Origin: a virus
UHGV virus genome: UHGV-0306641
Length of the DNA: 64,000 nucleotides
Direction: 5' to 3' (one strand)
Below, piece by piece: positions 56,133 through 64,000 of the stretch. A program made the translations under genes and the position numbers. Under the pieces are notes generated by a model. That model made no database searches. It was not told the origin of the DNA and worked only from the letters and a program-made list of their open reading frames with translations. How positions within the stretch are numbered: the first letter of the stretch is position 1; each line of letters begins with the position of its first letter.

Positions 56133-56411
56133 TTACATTTTTGGAAACTCAAGCAACCAGTGATTTCTCTCGTTCTCAGGCATTTTCGAGTAAGCACACA
56201 ATGCCGCTTTCAAAACATCCGTATTTCCAAATCCTGTACGCAGAGCTTCTGCTTCCATAATATCAATGAACACCGGATTCAGGCGATACGTGCGCTGCAC
56301 CGTTTTAGTGGTGTTGGGGCGCTTGTCACCTTCATTGATAAATCTGGAGACTTCGTAGTTTGAAGGTGCTTCCGTTGATTTTAAATCAACGCTTGGTGGT
56401 TTTAGCTTCAT
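56133..56411 (-). CDS. ParG-like ribbon-helix-helix centromere-binding protein
   Basis: 92 aa. Disordered basic N-terminus, then an RHH fold: strand 'TYRLNPVFI', helices 'DIMEAEALRTG' and 'TDVLKAALCAYSKM'. Confidence 0.5.
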   Translation of the reverse strand: MKLKPPSVDLKSTEAPSNYEVSRFINEGDKRPNTTKTVQRTYRLNPVFIDIMEAEALRTGFGNTDVLKAALCAYSKMPENERNHWLLEFPKM

Positions 56412-56419
56412 GAGTACCT

Positions 56420-56500
56420 ACCGTATATTCACTATGTACATACAACGCAATTACATTAAGGTAAATACATTGTATTGTCCATTTGTATTTACATCGTATT
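56420..56500. repeat. Centromere/operator-like repeats (GTAAATACA / TGTATTTAC) between parF- and parG-like genes
   Basis: GGTAAATACATTGTATT and TTTGTATTTACATCGTATT, inverted copies of the same 9-mer. Confidence 0.45.
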
Positions 56501-56501
56501 A

Positions 56502-57164
56502 CTAGAGAATGCCAATTTCTTGAGCCACCAGCTCGATTTGTGCCTTTGCTTTTCCAAGGCTATTACCGCGCGCTACATCATGAACACCGGCCCCTTCATT
56601 ACATGCGCTTTCAAAAATATCGAGAGCCGCGAGGCGGTTTTTTAACGGTTGAATCCATACAGGATCTGAACGCAGGTACTTATCCAGCTCGATGGCATCT
56701 TTAACTTTGCTTGGCTTATTGGTTTCTATCCTGGTAAGAAGAACCCACGGGGATAATTTAGGGTTGGCGTTTTGAGCTTTACGCACTTTCTCGGTTACAG
56801 CTGTAAGCGTATTACGTTCAAATTTAGATGATGGCTTAACCAGAGTGATAAGGATATCCGCAACGGTTAACGCACTACGGAACTCCTTGCTATCGTGACC
56901 GGCACAGTCAACAAGGACGTATTCAAACATAGCCGTCAGCTTTACGATCTCTTTACTGATCTCGCCATACGCCTCATAAACAGGAACAACGGGTAAGCCA
57001 TTGCTTCTGCGGTCCTCTCCCCAGTTGACCATGTCCTGGTTTTTATCGGACTTCAGAATGCAGCACGTCTTTCCCTTGTTAACGAGCATTGACGCCGTAT
57101 TAGCTGCAGTAGTGGACTTCCCCACGCCGCCTTTATCCGACACATAAACAATCGACTTACCCAT
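56502..57164 (-). CDS. ParA-family partition ATPase, small type Ib (ParF-like)
   Basis: 220 aa. Deviant Walker A 'SDKGGVGKSTTA'. Confidence 0.65.
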   Translation of the reverse strand: MGKSIVYVSDKGGVGKSTTAANTASMLVNKGKTCCILKSDKNQDMVNWGEDRRSNGLPVVPVYEAYGEISKEIVKLTAMFEYVLVDCAGHDSKEFRSALTVADILITLVKPSSKFERNTLTAVTEKVRKAQNANPKLSPWVLLTRIETNKPSKVKDAIELDKYLRSDPVWIQPLKNRLAALDIFESACNEGAGVHDVARGNSLGKAKAQIELVAQEIGIL

Positions 57165-57180
57165 ATATCATCCCCATAGC

Positions 57181-57370
57181 GCACATAGTATTATCAATGT
57201 AATTACACTGTACATGCGTGTAATGTTTGGCATATCCGCATGAAGTGTAATGCGTAACCAGCTCATGTCAATACTTTGTATTTACATTACTGACACCACA
57301 ATGTAAATACATAGGCAATACACAACAGTAAATACACCAGACATACAACGCATTTACAACCAATCTAAGA
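57181..57370. repeat. Centromere-like repeat array upstream of parF-like (parC/parH analog)
   Basis: At least 6 copies of GTAAATACA/TGTATTTAC and TGTAATG units in both orientations within 190 bp. Confidence 0.5.
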
Positions 57371-57430
57371 CGTAAAACCAAATCACAGACTCCCTATCCT
57401 CACCCCTGCGTAACCAACACAGGAGGCGTT

Positions 57431-57715
57431 ATGAGCGCAGCAGGAACTATTGATTCTGTTTGTTCTGGTCATGGTGGATTTCCAGCCCGGAAAACTGCAG
57501 AAGCAGAGCCATTCCTAACCATCAACGGAAAGCCGGTGCTGGTGGATGGAAACCTCTTCCCCGACCACTCAGACGGCAATTCCACTCACAGCGGCGTAGC
57601 GGTATCTACACGCCCATGGTTCACCATAAACGGGAAACCTATCGCATGCGTTTCCGACCCCGTGTCGTGTGGCTCAGTGGTAGCAACCGGCGATGATTTC
57701 TTTCAGGTGGCATGA
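57431..57715 (+). CDS. PAAR-motif protein (spike-tip-like)
   Basis: 94 aa. 'CSGHGGFP', two 'INGKPV/I' elements, and conserved His/Cys spacing as in PAAR repeats. Confidence 0.4.
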   Translation: MSAAGTIDSVCSGHGGFPARKTAEAEPFLTINGKPVLVDGNLFPDHSDGNSTHSGVAVSTRPWFTINGKPIACVSDPVSCGSVVATGDDFFQVA

Positions 57716-58494
57716 TGTTAGATAACGATAAACAAATTGATGCTTTCGGCATCCTGACGGCACAAGGCTCAGCAACCCCAGCGCCCATTATTAGTTACCG
57801 CAAAGCGACAGGCCTGTCTGACAGCCTAAAGAGTGCAGTTACCGCTCTTTACCTGGCTGACGTCACCTACCCTCCATCAATATCCGGGTACACGGATATG
57901 CTACCCAAATACATCAATACACTGGCTGCAGCAGCTGCGGAGGCCAGCCGGTTTATTGCAGCGATTCAGGGGTACACCACTCCATCGGATCTTCTGCAGA
58001 TGAAAATCGGCTGGGAATGCCATGCAAAAGGCAACCGCTTAACGCCGGTACCGCCATTTGCGCTGGTGGAAGGGTTATGTGACACCGCCACCAGTGAAAG
58101 CATGAACGACGCACTGAATCATATTGAGCTAACGGCACTGTCCGATGCGATGACCATCATTAACGAAAAAATGCTTGCCGCCGCCGTTCCGCCCGGAGGC
58201 GAAGGAGAAGCAACTCCCCCGCCGGTACCGCCCAGCTTTACACCAGCTGAAATTGAAGCGCTGAAAGTTGCAACTGAAACGCTTTCCCCGCTGTTTTCGG
58301 TACTTGATGCCACCAGCACAGTAACCAGCGATTACACAGACCGGGTAAATAACTCTACGGCTGTAGCCACAAAATCACTGGCTAATGCCGTAGCCATAAC
58401 ACTGACGGTAGGGCTAACCGCCGATCCTGTTATGTCACAAGCCATAGCGTCAATCATGCCCCCCGGCGTTATAGACGCACTCAAAGAGGAATGA
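57712..58494 (+). CDS. Hypothetical Ala/Pro-rich protein
   Basis: 260 aa; ATGA overlaps with both neighbours. Confidence 0.35.
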   Translation: MMLDNDKQIDAFGILTAQGSATPAPIISYRKATGLSDSLKSAVTALYLADVTYPPSISGYTDMLPKYINTLAAAAAEASRFIAAIQGYTTPSDLLQMKIGWECHAKGNRLTPVPPFALVEGLCDTATSESMNDALNHIELTALSDAMTIINEKMLAAAVPPGGEGEATPPPVPPSFTPAEIEALKVATETLSPLFSVLDATSTVTSDYTDRVNNSTAVATKSLANAVAITLTVGLTADPVMSQAIASIMPPGVIDALKEE

Positions 58495-59003
58495 ACATGT
58501 TAAGTGCCTGGCGAACGCCGGTTATAGCAGTCACGCTGGCCCTATTCAGTTACGTATTGATTAAGGGATATAACGCCTATTCAGATCACGTTAAGTACGT
58601 AAAAGGTCTGGAAACCGACAACAAAACGCTGCAGGAAGACAACGACAACCTTGATGCCCAAAAACGCGGCCTGAGTGTCGCTCTCCAGCAACAGCAATCG
58701 CAAAACGAAGAGTTGCGGCTTGAACTGCAAAGGCGCGCCGACCTTCAGGCTGAAAGCGATAAGAAAGAGAGTGATCTGGAAGAACAGCTAAGCAAACAGA
58801 AACAGGAAACAGCAGATGCAATTTCAAACCTTACTAAGCAGCTCCAGAAGGCGGGTCTTCGCAATTTGCGTCTTCCTGACAGTGTTATCAGGATGCAACG
58901 GGAACGCGCCGAGGAAGTCAACCGCAGAGCCAATAGTCGTTACAAAGGTAGTGAGCCTACCAAAGCAGGAAGCCAAAACGTACCTACCGTGCCTGATTCC
59001 TGA
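58491..59003 (+). CDS. i-spanin, Rz-like (N-terminal TM plus periplasmic coiled coil)
   Basis: 170 aa. TM helix 'VIAVTLALFSYVLI', then an Asp/Glu/Gln-rich coiled coil. Confidence 0.55.
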   Translation: MNMLSAWRTPVIAVTLALFSYVLIKGYNAYSDHVKYVKGLETDNKTLQEDNDNLDAQKRGLSVALQQQQSQNEELRLELQRRADLQAESDKKESDLEEQLSKQKQETADAISNLTKQLQKAGLRNLRLPDSVIRMQRERAEEVNRRANSRYKGSEPTKAGSQNVPTVPDS

Positions 59004-59118
59004 AGATACTCCCGAATACCTGGAACTATACCCGGTGTATACGAGAGTGCTTTTTGATGCAATTGAGGAATGCAATTCGCGTAACGCAATCCGGTCCGAT
59101 TACAACATGAAGCTATGA
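58816..59118 (+). CDS. o-spanin, Rz1-like lipoprotein, embedded out of frame in the Rz-like gene's 3' end
   Basis: Lipobox 'FLTVLSGC'; Pro-rich mature region. The +1-frame overlap extending past the Rz stop is the classic Rz/Rz1 arrangement. Confidence 0.5.
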   Translation: MQFQTLLSSSRRRVFAICVFLTVLSGCNGNAPRKSTAEPIVVTKVVSLPKQEAKTYLPCLIPEDTPEYLELYPVYTRVLFDAIEECNSRNAIRSDYNMKL

Positions 59119-59209
59119 TGGTGTGATGATGGGTATTGGAAAGGCTGCGTTTGCGGCCTTTTTTTCTACCCGAGGTTTAACAAACATACAGCTAACCTTA
59201 GTGCTACAC

Positions 59210-59277
59210 CATGAGATCAACGCTGGCGGGTAATATCAACGCTAGCGGGTAAAAACCATCAACGCTGGCGGGTGCTC
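59210..59277. repeat. Copy-control iterons (incA-like) downstream of repA
   Basis: Three ATCAACGCT(G/A)GCGGGT repeats at 22-bp spacing, inverted relative to the origin iterons. Confidence 0.55.
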
Positions 59278-60178
59278 AGGTTATTTTCTTATCGCGGCTA
59301 AGAATGTTCAGGACAAAATCACCACGAACTTTTTCAATACTGTATTTGAGAAATCCGGCTTCAGATAATTGCTCAAGCGCCTTTTTAATGGTCGCATTTT
59401 GCGCCCCTTTATGGGATGTAAGCTGTAAGCGATCACGCAATCTATCGAAACCAATACGATAAAAATTATCAGGCAATTCAACGAGGTAAAGGTATAGAGC
59501 CTGTGCTGACTCTTTTCTTGATAAGGTCTTCAGTACCTTCAGGTATAAGCGAGTCTTCCCGTCAACCTGATAGAGTGTATTCAGGTCGGGGTTTGGGCGA
59601 ATAATGACCTCGTCCGTACCTTCGTCATAGTAAGAAGTCGTAACAAGGCCCATGTTGATATTGACCTTTTTACCCTCTACCGATGATGGTTTCACAAACT
59701 TAAAGCTGGTACGCTGAATACGGGTTAATGAATCGTTGAATCTCTTTCTAAGCTTTGAGTCAACGCGCTTAGTAGCAAGCCCACAACTCATTGCAAAGTC
59801 TATGAAATTCATGCGAACCGTGCCGTTTGCATCCAGGTGCTGATGTGCCAAAGTATCAACGATCCCCAGCCACACTTTGAAGTCGGTATCCATATCGAGC
59901 CTCGGACCATAAATACTGACGCTTTCATAGCCTTCACCCGCCAGCGTTGATAGGCGGCAAAGTTCTTCAGTAGCATCAACGGTATGGCTACGTTTCATAG
60001 GATCAACACCGTCTTTCACCGTCGGAACAAACACACCCAGGCGCAGTAAAGACTTAGGCTGAATACTTTGTTTTGAGTTAGGAATCAGGTGGATAACTTC
60101 ACCAGAAGTTTTGTCAACTTCCGTGATCAAAAGAGCTAAGCCATTGTTTTCTTTTTCCATTCCATCTTCCGCAATCAA
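59276..60178 (-). CDS. repA: Iteron-binding replication initiator RepA (P1 R-replicon type)
   Basis: 300 aa, flanked on both sides by iterons. Basic C-terminus. Confidence 0.6.
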   Translation of the reverse strand: MIAEDGMEKENNGLALLITEVDKTSGEVIHLIPNSKQSIQPKSLLRLGVFVPTVKDGVDPMKRSHTVDATEELCRLSTLAGEGYESVSIYGPRLDMDTDFKVWLGIVDTLAHQHLDANGTVRMNFIDFAMSCGLATKRVDSKLRKRFNDSLTRIQRTSFKFVKPSSVEGKKVNINMGLVTTSYYDEGTDEVIIRPNPDLNTLYQVDGKTRLYLKVLKTLSRKESAQALYLYLVELPDNFYRIGFDRLRDRLQLTSHKGAQNATIKKALEQLSEAGFLKYSIEKVRGDFVLNILSRDKKIT

Positions 60179-60194
60179 TGTGGACTTTTTTAAG

Positions 60195-60420
60195 AGAATA
60201 CCCGCTAGCGTTGATGATTTCTACCCGCTAGCGTTGATAGTTTACCCTCTAACGCTGATGCGTAACCCGCCAGCGTTGACAATCTACCCGCTAGCGTTGA
60301 TCCGATCAACCTGAGAGCCGCGATATACAAGGGCTGCGAGAGATCCTATTCTTTTATTAAACTTAGTTTGATCCTCTGTTGATCTTTTTATTTGATCTAA
60401 TCAGTGAATAACTTAAGGAA
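60195..60420. repeat. Plasmid origin (oriR-like): 5 iterons plus an AT-rich segment with 5 GATC sites
   Basis: ACCCGCTAGCGTTGAT x5 (one degenerate) at ~22-bp spacing, 60199-60303. GATC at about 60303, 60341, 60369, 60381 and 60394 in AT-rich DNA, as in the Dam-dependent P1 oriR. Confidence 0.55.
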
Positions 60421-60475
60421 TTAGATAGTGACAGGGTGAATAAGTCCGAAATGCTTAGCGCCAAAAAAAGCCCCA

Positions 60476-60748
60476 TTAAGGGGCTAGATCTTCATCGGAT
60501 AAATGCGCTTTACACGCTGCCTTAAAGGTCAGGCAAGAACGGCTGCGTAACGCCGGTGCAAACGCCTTTAGCAATTCCTCTCTGTTAAAACCATCTGCAG
60601 CAAACAAAGATATCTTCTTCTCAATGCGTTCTTTGGCTTCAGAGAGCTTCACATCTTTGTTATTCCGTAAAAAGCGTAAGATGTAGTCGGCAATAATTCG
60701 AACCGGTTTAGTGATATCACACTCAGCGTGGAGGGACTGTGTATTCAC
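60476..60748 (-). CDS. Hypothetical small protein
   Basis: 90 aa; overlaps the upstream gene's stop. Confidence 0.3.
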   Translation of the reverse strand: MNTQSLHAECDITKPVRIIADYILRFLRNNKDVKLSEAKERIEKKISLFAADGFNREELLKAFAPALRSRSCLTFKAACKAHLSDEDLAP

Positions 60749-61872
60749 TTTCTTACCTCCCAGCGACGAACGATTTCAATCCAGTTGGCACCCAGTGCGA
60801 ACATCATGGTTTCAGCAACTGCATCGCCGATACTCATTACGGTGTCTCCTTCCTGCATGAACTGACGCATTTTGCTGCGAATCTCCCTTTCGTTATCTGC
60901 ATCTGCGCGGCCTGTTAGACTTGGTTTAACTTCCCAAAATGAAGCGGCTAAAGGGTTAAATGTTACCTGTGGAGCAACGTCAGATACCCGGACAGCATAT
61001 CCACCATCACGACGCTTAATGATCAGGTGAAGCATAAAACGCGGTACGTCAGCCCCAAGAGAAACCAGTTCATTGATTTCCAGTGCCTTAGCATGCTCAG
61101 AATTCAGATCATCCTGTTCCATTTTATCCATTGCTGAATGCAGCATGCCGTGCAACAGCCCCATATTTTCTGCGTTCTCTTTGTTGAACTGGGCATTGAT
61201 TTCTTTAACGTGAAAACCAACGTCCATTGCCAAAGCTTCGGTGTGAGCTGCTGCCACCAGCTGAAGTTGATTATGGCCTCCGCTGCTCAGGTAATCGAAA
61301 CGGGCAGCGTTGCCATAGGCCTCGTTAATTTTGTAGGCCTCACCTTGTGCTTTTTGAAGGATCTTTGTCTTCAATGTCTCTGGATGCCCTTGCCAACAAT
61401 CAGCCATTTCAGGTGAGGCTAGGAACAACAAGTTCGCCTCTATGGTTTCATCCATCGCAAGTGCTTCATCATGGGCATATTCGAGTTCAATTAAACGACC
61501 TATTTCGTCGGCGTTATCCCATGCGTCCTGCATCATTTGCGCATCCAACTTTATCGCCGCTACGTGCGCTCCTTCAATTTCTGCCGCGCGCCCTACTGCG
61601 TTCATCTGGTAGAAAAAATCCAACTGGTAGATATATGCCGCATTCTGCTCTCGCGTTAACAGAGGCGTTATTTTCTTGGCGTTCATTTCCAGCGCTTCGG
61701 CGTGGGCGTCCTCGTAGTCCTGAATCGCTGCATCAATACGGGTATGCACGTTCTTGCCATGGTGTACGCGCCAGAATGGGTATGAGCCGTTGTGACTGTT
61801 CTTAACACGAATAAAATACTGGTTTCCACAGCGGGTATATTCTTTACCTTCCAGAGTAATGTGGTATTCCAT
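60745..61872 (-). CDS. Internally repetitive protein (about five 'AH.EAL.MD'-containing ~45-aa repeats)
   Basis: 375 aa. 'DAHAEALEMN', 'GAHVAAIKLD', 'AHDEALAMDE', 'AHTEALAMDV', 'EHAKALEINE' recur at regular spacing. Confidence 0.4.
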   Translation of the reverse strand: MEYHITLEGKEYTRCGNQYFIRVKNSHNGSYPFWRVHHGKNVHTRIDAAIQDYEDAHAEALEMNAKKITPLLTREQNAAYIYQLDFFYQMNAVGRAAEIEGAHVAAIKLDAQMMQDAWDNADEIGRLIELEYAHDEALAMDETIEANLLFLASPEMADCWQGHPETLKTKILQKAQGEAYKINEAYGNAARFDYLSSGGHNQLQLVAAAHTEALAMDVGFHVKEINAQFNKENAENMGLLHGMLHSAMDKMEQDDLNSEHAKALEINELVSLGADVPRFMLHLIIKRRDGGYAVRVSDVAPQVTFNPLAASFWEVKPSLTGRADADNEREIRSKMRQFMQEGDTVMSIGDAVAETMMFALGANWIEIVRRWEVRK

Positions 61873-61997
61873 ATCGTCGCCAATGACACGGAGTAACTTA
61901 ACCCCACGACCACGCAGATCAGAGTGATGCTTTGGAAGTCTGTTTCATAATCTGTTCCTGATTTCTCATCGTCGGCCGCGCCATGCCACCGACTCAA

Positions 61998-62057
61998 TGA
62001 GTAAATATTTACTCAATTGTAATCAGTAGTCAATGGCAAAGAGTAAATATTTACTCA
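61998..62057. promoter_or_regulatory. Pair of 17/18-bp perfect palindromes (TGAGTAAATATTTACTCA) 43 bp apart in a divergent promoter region
   Basis: 61998-62015 and 62041-62057, between the minus gene ending at 61872 and the plus gene starting at 62079. Confidence 0.5.
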
Positions 62058-62078
62058 TAGCCATTCGGCAGATATGAT

Positions 62079-62522
62079 GTGATTAACCTAATTAGCCAGG
62101 ACATGAGTATGAAAGTAAATTATGTGAGGAAAGGTACCGGCACACGCACGACGATAGTTATACCCGATCATCTATGCCAGCTATGGTTAGCAACCACGCC
62201 TTCTGATGCAGTAAAACGCGATACGCAGCGCATTAAAGAGCGCCTGGAGCAACTGGATGTACCCAGCGAAGGCGAACCATTCCAGCGCTTAGCAGAGTCT
62301 GCGCTGGTGGCTGATATTGAGGCATACCAGGCCCGTTTGCTTGCCTCCGGCGAGCAGATGAAGGTCCGTGTTATTGATGCCCTGTTAGCGTGGCTGCAGG
62401 GAGCTGTAGAGCCGACCGCCAGCGTTAATGATGTGTTCAAAGCGATCGAGCAATTTAAGTCTATTCCGTGGGAAATTGAGGAATCATTCGAAAGCCTGGA
62501 GAAACAGCGCTATCCGGGTTGA
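62079..62522 (+). CDS. Hypothetical protein
   Basis: 147-aa ORF immediately downstream of the palindromic operators. Confidence 0.35.
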   Translation: MINLISQDMSMKVNYVRKGTGTRTTIVIPDHLCQLWLATTPSDAVKRDTQRIKERLEQLDVPSEGEPFQRLAESALVADIEAYQARLLASGEQMKVRVIDALLAWLQGAVEPTASVNDVFKAIEQFKSIPWEIEESFESLEKQRYPG

Positions 62523-62608
62523 CCTTCGTCATTAAATAACGATGCATACAGTGACAATTAACGTAATGCGTTGCTATAAAAAACAAACGCTTCGTAACAG
62601 GATGAAAA

Positions 62609-63178
62609 ATGGCTAACTGTATTCCGCTGGACCCAAAATTGCCCGCCAATTTTGACATTACTCCAAACGACAAACGATCTAAGAACCAGCTCGACACCTG
62701 GTGGGATCATCCTTACTGCATCACCCATGACGGTGCATTCCTGGTGTACTGTCTGAATGGTGGAGCATGGGACCGCCCTACACTGTTTGGAAAAGCTGAC
62801 ACTTATGATGAGGCTTGCGAGCTGGCAGAAAAAAAACAGGCCGAGTGGGTAAAAACACGCGCACAACCGACGTTCTTGTACTCGACAGAACCACCGTTTG
62901 TCCTCATCCGACAGCCACAACGTCCAGACCACCAGCAGGTCATTGTGGGGGAGTTCGCCACAATGGAAGAAATGAATACGTTCTCGCTGGCGCAGGAAAA
63001 TAACGAGACTGTAGAGGTTGTACCTACCCTCAACCATAATCACATGAGCCTGCCTCAACTTGCCTGGTACAGCAATGAGCTTGAGCTGTCTATCTCTAAG
63101 CTGGGTAATGAAGCAAACGCGCTACGTGAAGTACGGGAAATTGTGATTAAACGCATCCGCGAAGTGCAGAACGGATAA
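62609..63178 (+). CDS. Hypothetical protein
   Basis: 189-aa ORF. Confidence 0.35.
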   Translation: MANCIPLDPKLPANFDITPNDKRSKNQLDTWWDHPYCITHDGAFLVYCLNGGAWDRPTLFGKADTYDEACELAEKKQAEWVKTRAQPTFLYSTEPPFVLIRQPQRPDHQQVIVGEFATMEEMNTFSLAQENNETVEVVPTLNHNHMSLPQLAWYSNELELSISKLGNEANALREVREIVIKRIREVQNG

Positions 63179-63192
63179 AAGGGAATAAGAGA

Positions 63193-63534
63193 ATGGCAAA
63201 AATTCAATACCACCGTGACTGGGGTAATTACCTGGAAGTGTACGATCACGACTCAGTTGCAGAAATGAACGATCAGCTACTTCAGCACTGTGAAGAGACA
63301 ATGGGGGCTAACTCTCCAGATATCGTCGTTGAATATCCGGTATATCTCCGTGATATCTATTCTGTGAAAGAACCAGGGAAATTAACTCGCATCGGCTACG
63401 TGAGCCTGGTTTTTGAAGACGCAGCCGACGGTTATGTTGTCCACCATTACACGCTCGACAAGAAAGAGCTTCCTAATGAATGGAGCGCCTTTAGTTTTTA
63501 TGGCGGGGAATACGGACTAAAACAAGCTCAGTAA
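63193..63534 (+). CDS. Hypothetical protein
   Basis: 113 aa; GAGAATGG RBS-like context. Confidence 0.35.
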   Translation: MAKIQYHRDWGNYLEVYDHDSVAEMNDQLLQHCEETMGANSPDIVVEYPVYLRDIYSVKEPGKLTRIGYVSLVFEDAADGYVVHHYTLDKKELPNEWSAFSFYGGEYGLKQAQ

Positions 63535-63545
63535 AATTAGACGGA

Positions 63546-63836
63546 GTGATGGCATCAATGGCGGTAAGGCTATATTACAACTCAGCTGATATGCGAACGA
63601 GGGCCAGTGATGCCTGGCATACTGAATGGATCAGTAAAAGCGGTTTGAAAGCGCGACTTTGGACTGATAAGGCCATCTCAGATTTTCTCGGAAAACCTCA
63701 GAAAGCTGGTCCCATTATGGCGTGGAAGCAAAAAGAAGTGCAGCAGGTTGAAAATACCACGGCGTTTCAAAACTGGATGGTGAAACGCCGTGCATGGTTA
63801 ACCGCGCGAGGGAAATTACCCGCAGATGATAGTTGA
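63546..63836 (+). CDS. Hypothetical protein
   Basis: 96-aa ORF. Confidence 0.3.
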   Translation: MMASMAVRLYYNSADMRTRASDAWHTEWISKSGLKARLWTDKAISDFLGKPQKAGPIMAWKQKEVQQVENTTAFQNWMVKRRAWLTARGKLPADDS

Positions 63837-64000
63837 CTGGCTACCGTCTTGTTTACGGCATTTTGGGCACCGGTTGTCGCAGAAATACGGAAAGCTGTTA
63901 TCCAGCTCGTCCACCCAGCGCTTGTGATCGTAACAGTAGAAAACCTCCCACGGCAGGCCATACTCAAACATCCATTCCTGGACCTGCGCTGTCATAGGTA

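Noticed and set aside
1-64000. CRISPR arrays, tRNA/rRNA genes, integrase/att sites, IS elements.
   Set aside because: No regularly spaced direct repeats with unique spacers, no cloverleaf-like candidates in the intergenic regions I inspected, and no integrase or transposase-like ORFs. The element carries plasmid replication and partition functions instead, consistent with an extrachromosomal prophage.

Overview
This window looks like a contiguous stretch of a P1-like phage-plasmid, well diverged from P1 itself. All homology calls are made from motifs I could read in the translations and from recalled family sequences; no searches were run. The supports for the P1-like call are:
- A Cre homolog (37875-38900) with a lox-like 13-8-13 site about 180 bp upstream.
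- A P1-type RepA replicon with iterons on both sides of repA and a cluster of five GATC sites.
- A giant DarB-like methyltransferase-helicase (2280 aa).
- A gene block with the order and sizes of the P1 darA operon (lydA-lydB-hdf-darA-ddrA-ddrB).
- A fused C5-cytosine/N6-adenine methyltransferase like P1 Dmt, and a PacA/PacB terminase pair preceded by a cluster of TGATCA (Dam) hexamers.

Other content:
- Structural/lysis: baseplate and tail-fibre genes (1-6.9 kb), a gpV-like spike with a putative hub (49-51.6 kb), putative portal and prohead protease (17.5-20.3 kb), and Rz/Rz1 spanins (58.5-59.1 kb).
- Maintenance: two partition modules (actin-like ParM/ParR-like at 31.7-33.3 kb; ParF/ParG-type with centromere-like repeats at 56.1-57.4 kb) and a HigB/HigA toxin-antitoxin pair.
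- Accessory cargo: a low-GC macrodomain gene wedged between the tail fibre and its chaperone; a low-GC GT8 glycosyltransferase moron; a low-GC 344-aa gene next to lox; a VRR-NUC nuclease; an RdgC homolog; an MmcB-like PD-(D/E)xK nuclease.

The observations I rate highest are:
- A second pacA/pacB-shaped cassette: an HNH (Ref-like) endonuclease followed by a truncated terminase-large paralog with degenerate Walker motifs (43474-44936).
- A 9-bp motif, ATTCTAAGG, present 7 times perfectly (plus partial copies) in intergenic DNA. I read it as a dispersed operator or phage-specific promoter element, by analogy with the scattered P1 C1 operators.
- The macrodomain insertion in the tail-fibre operon.
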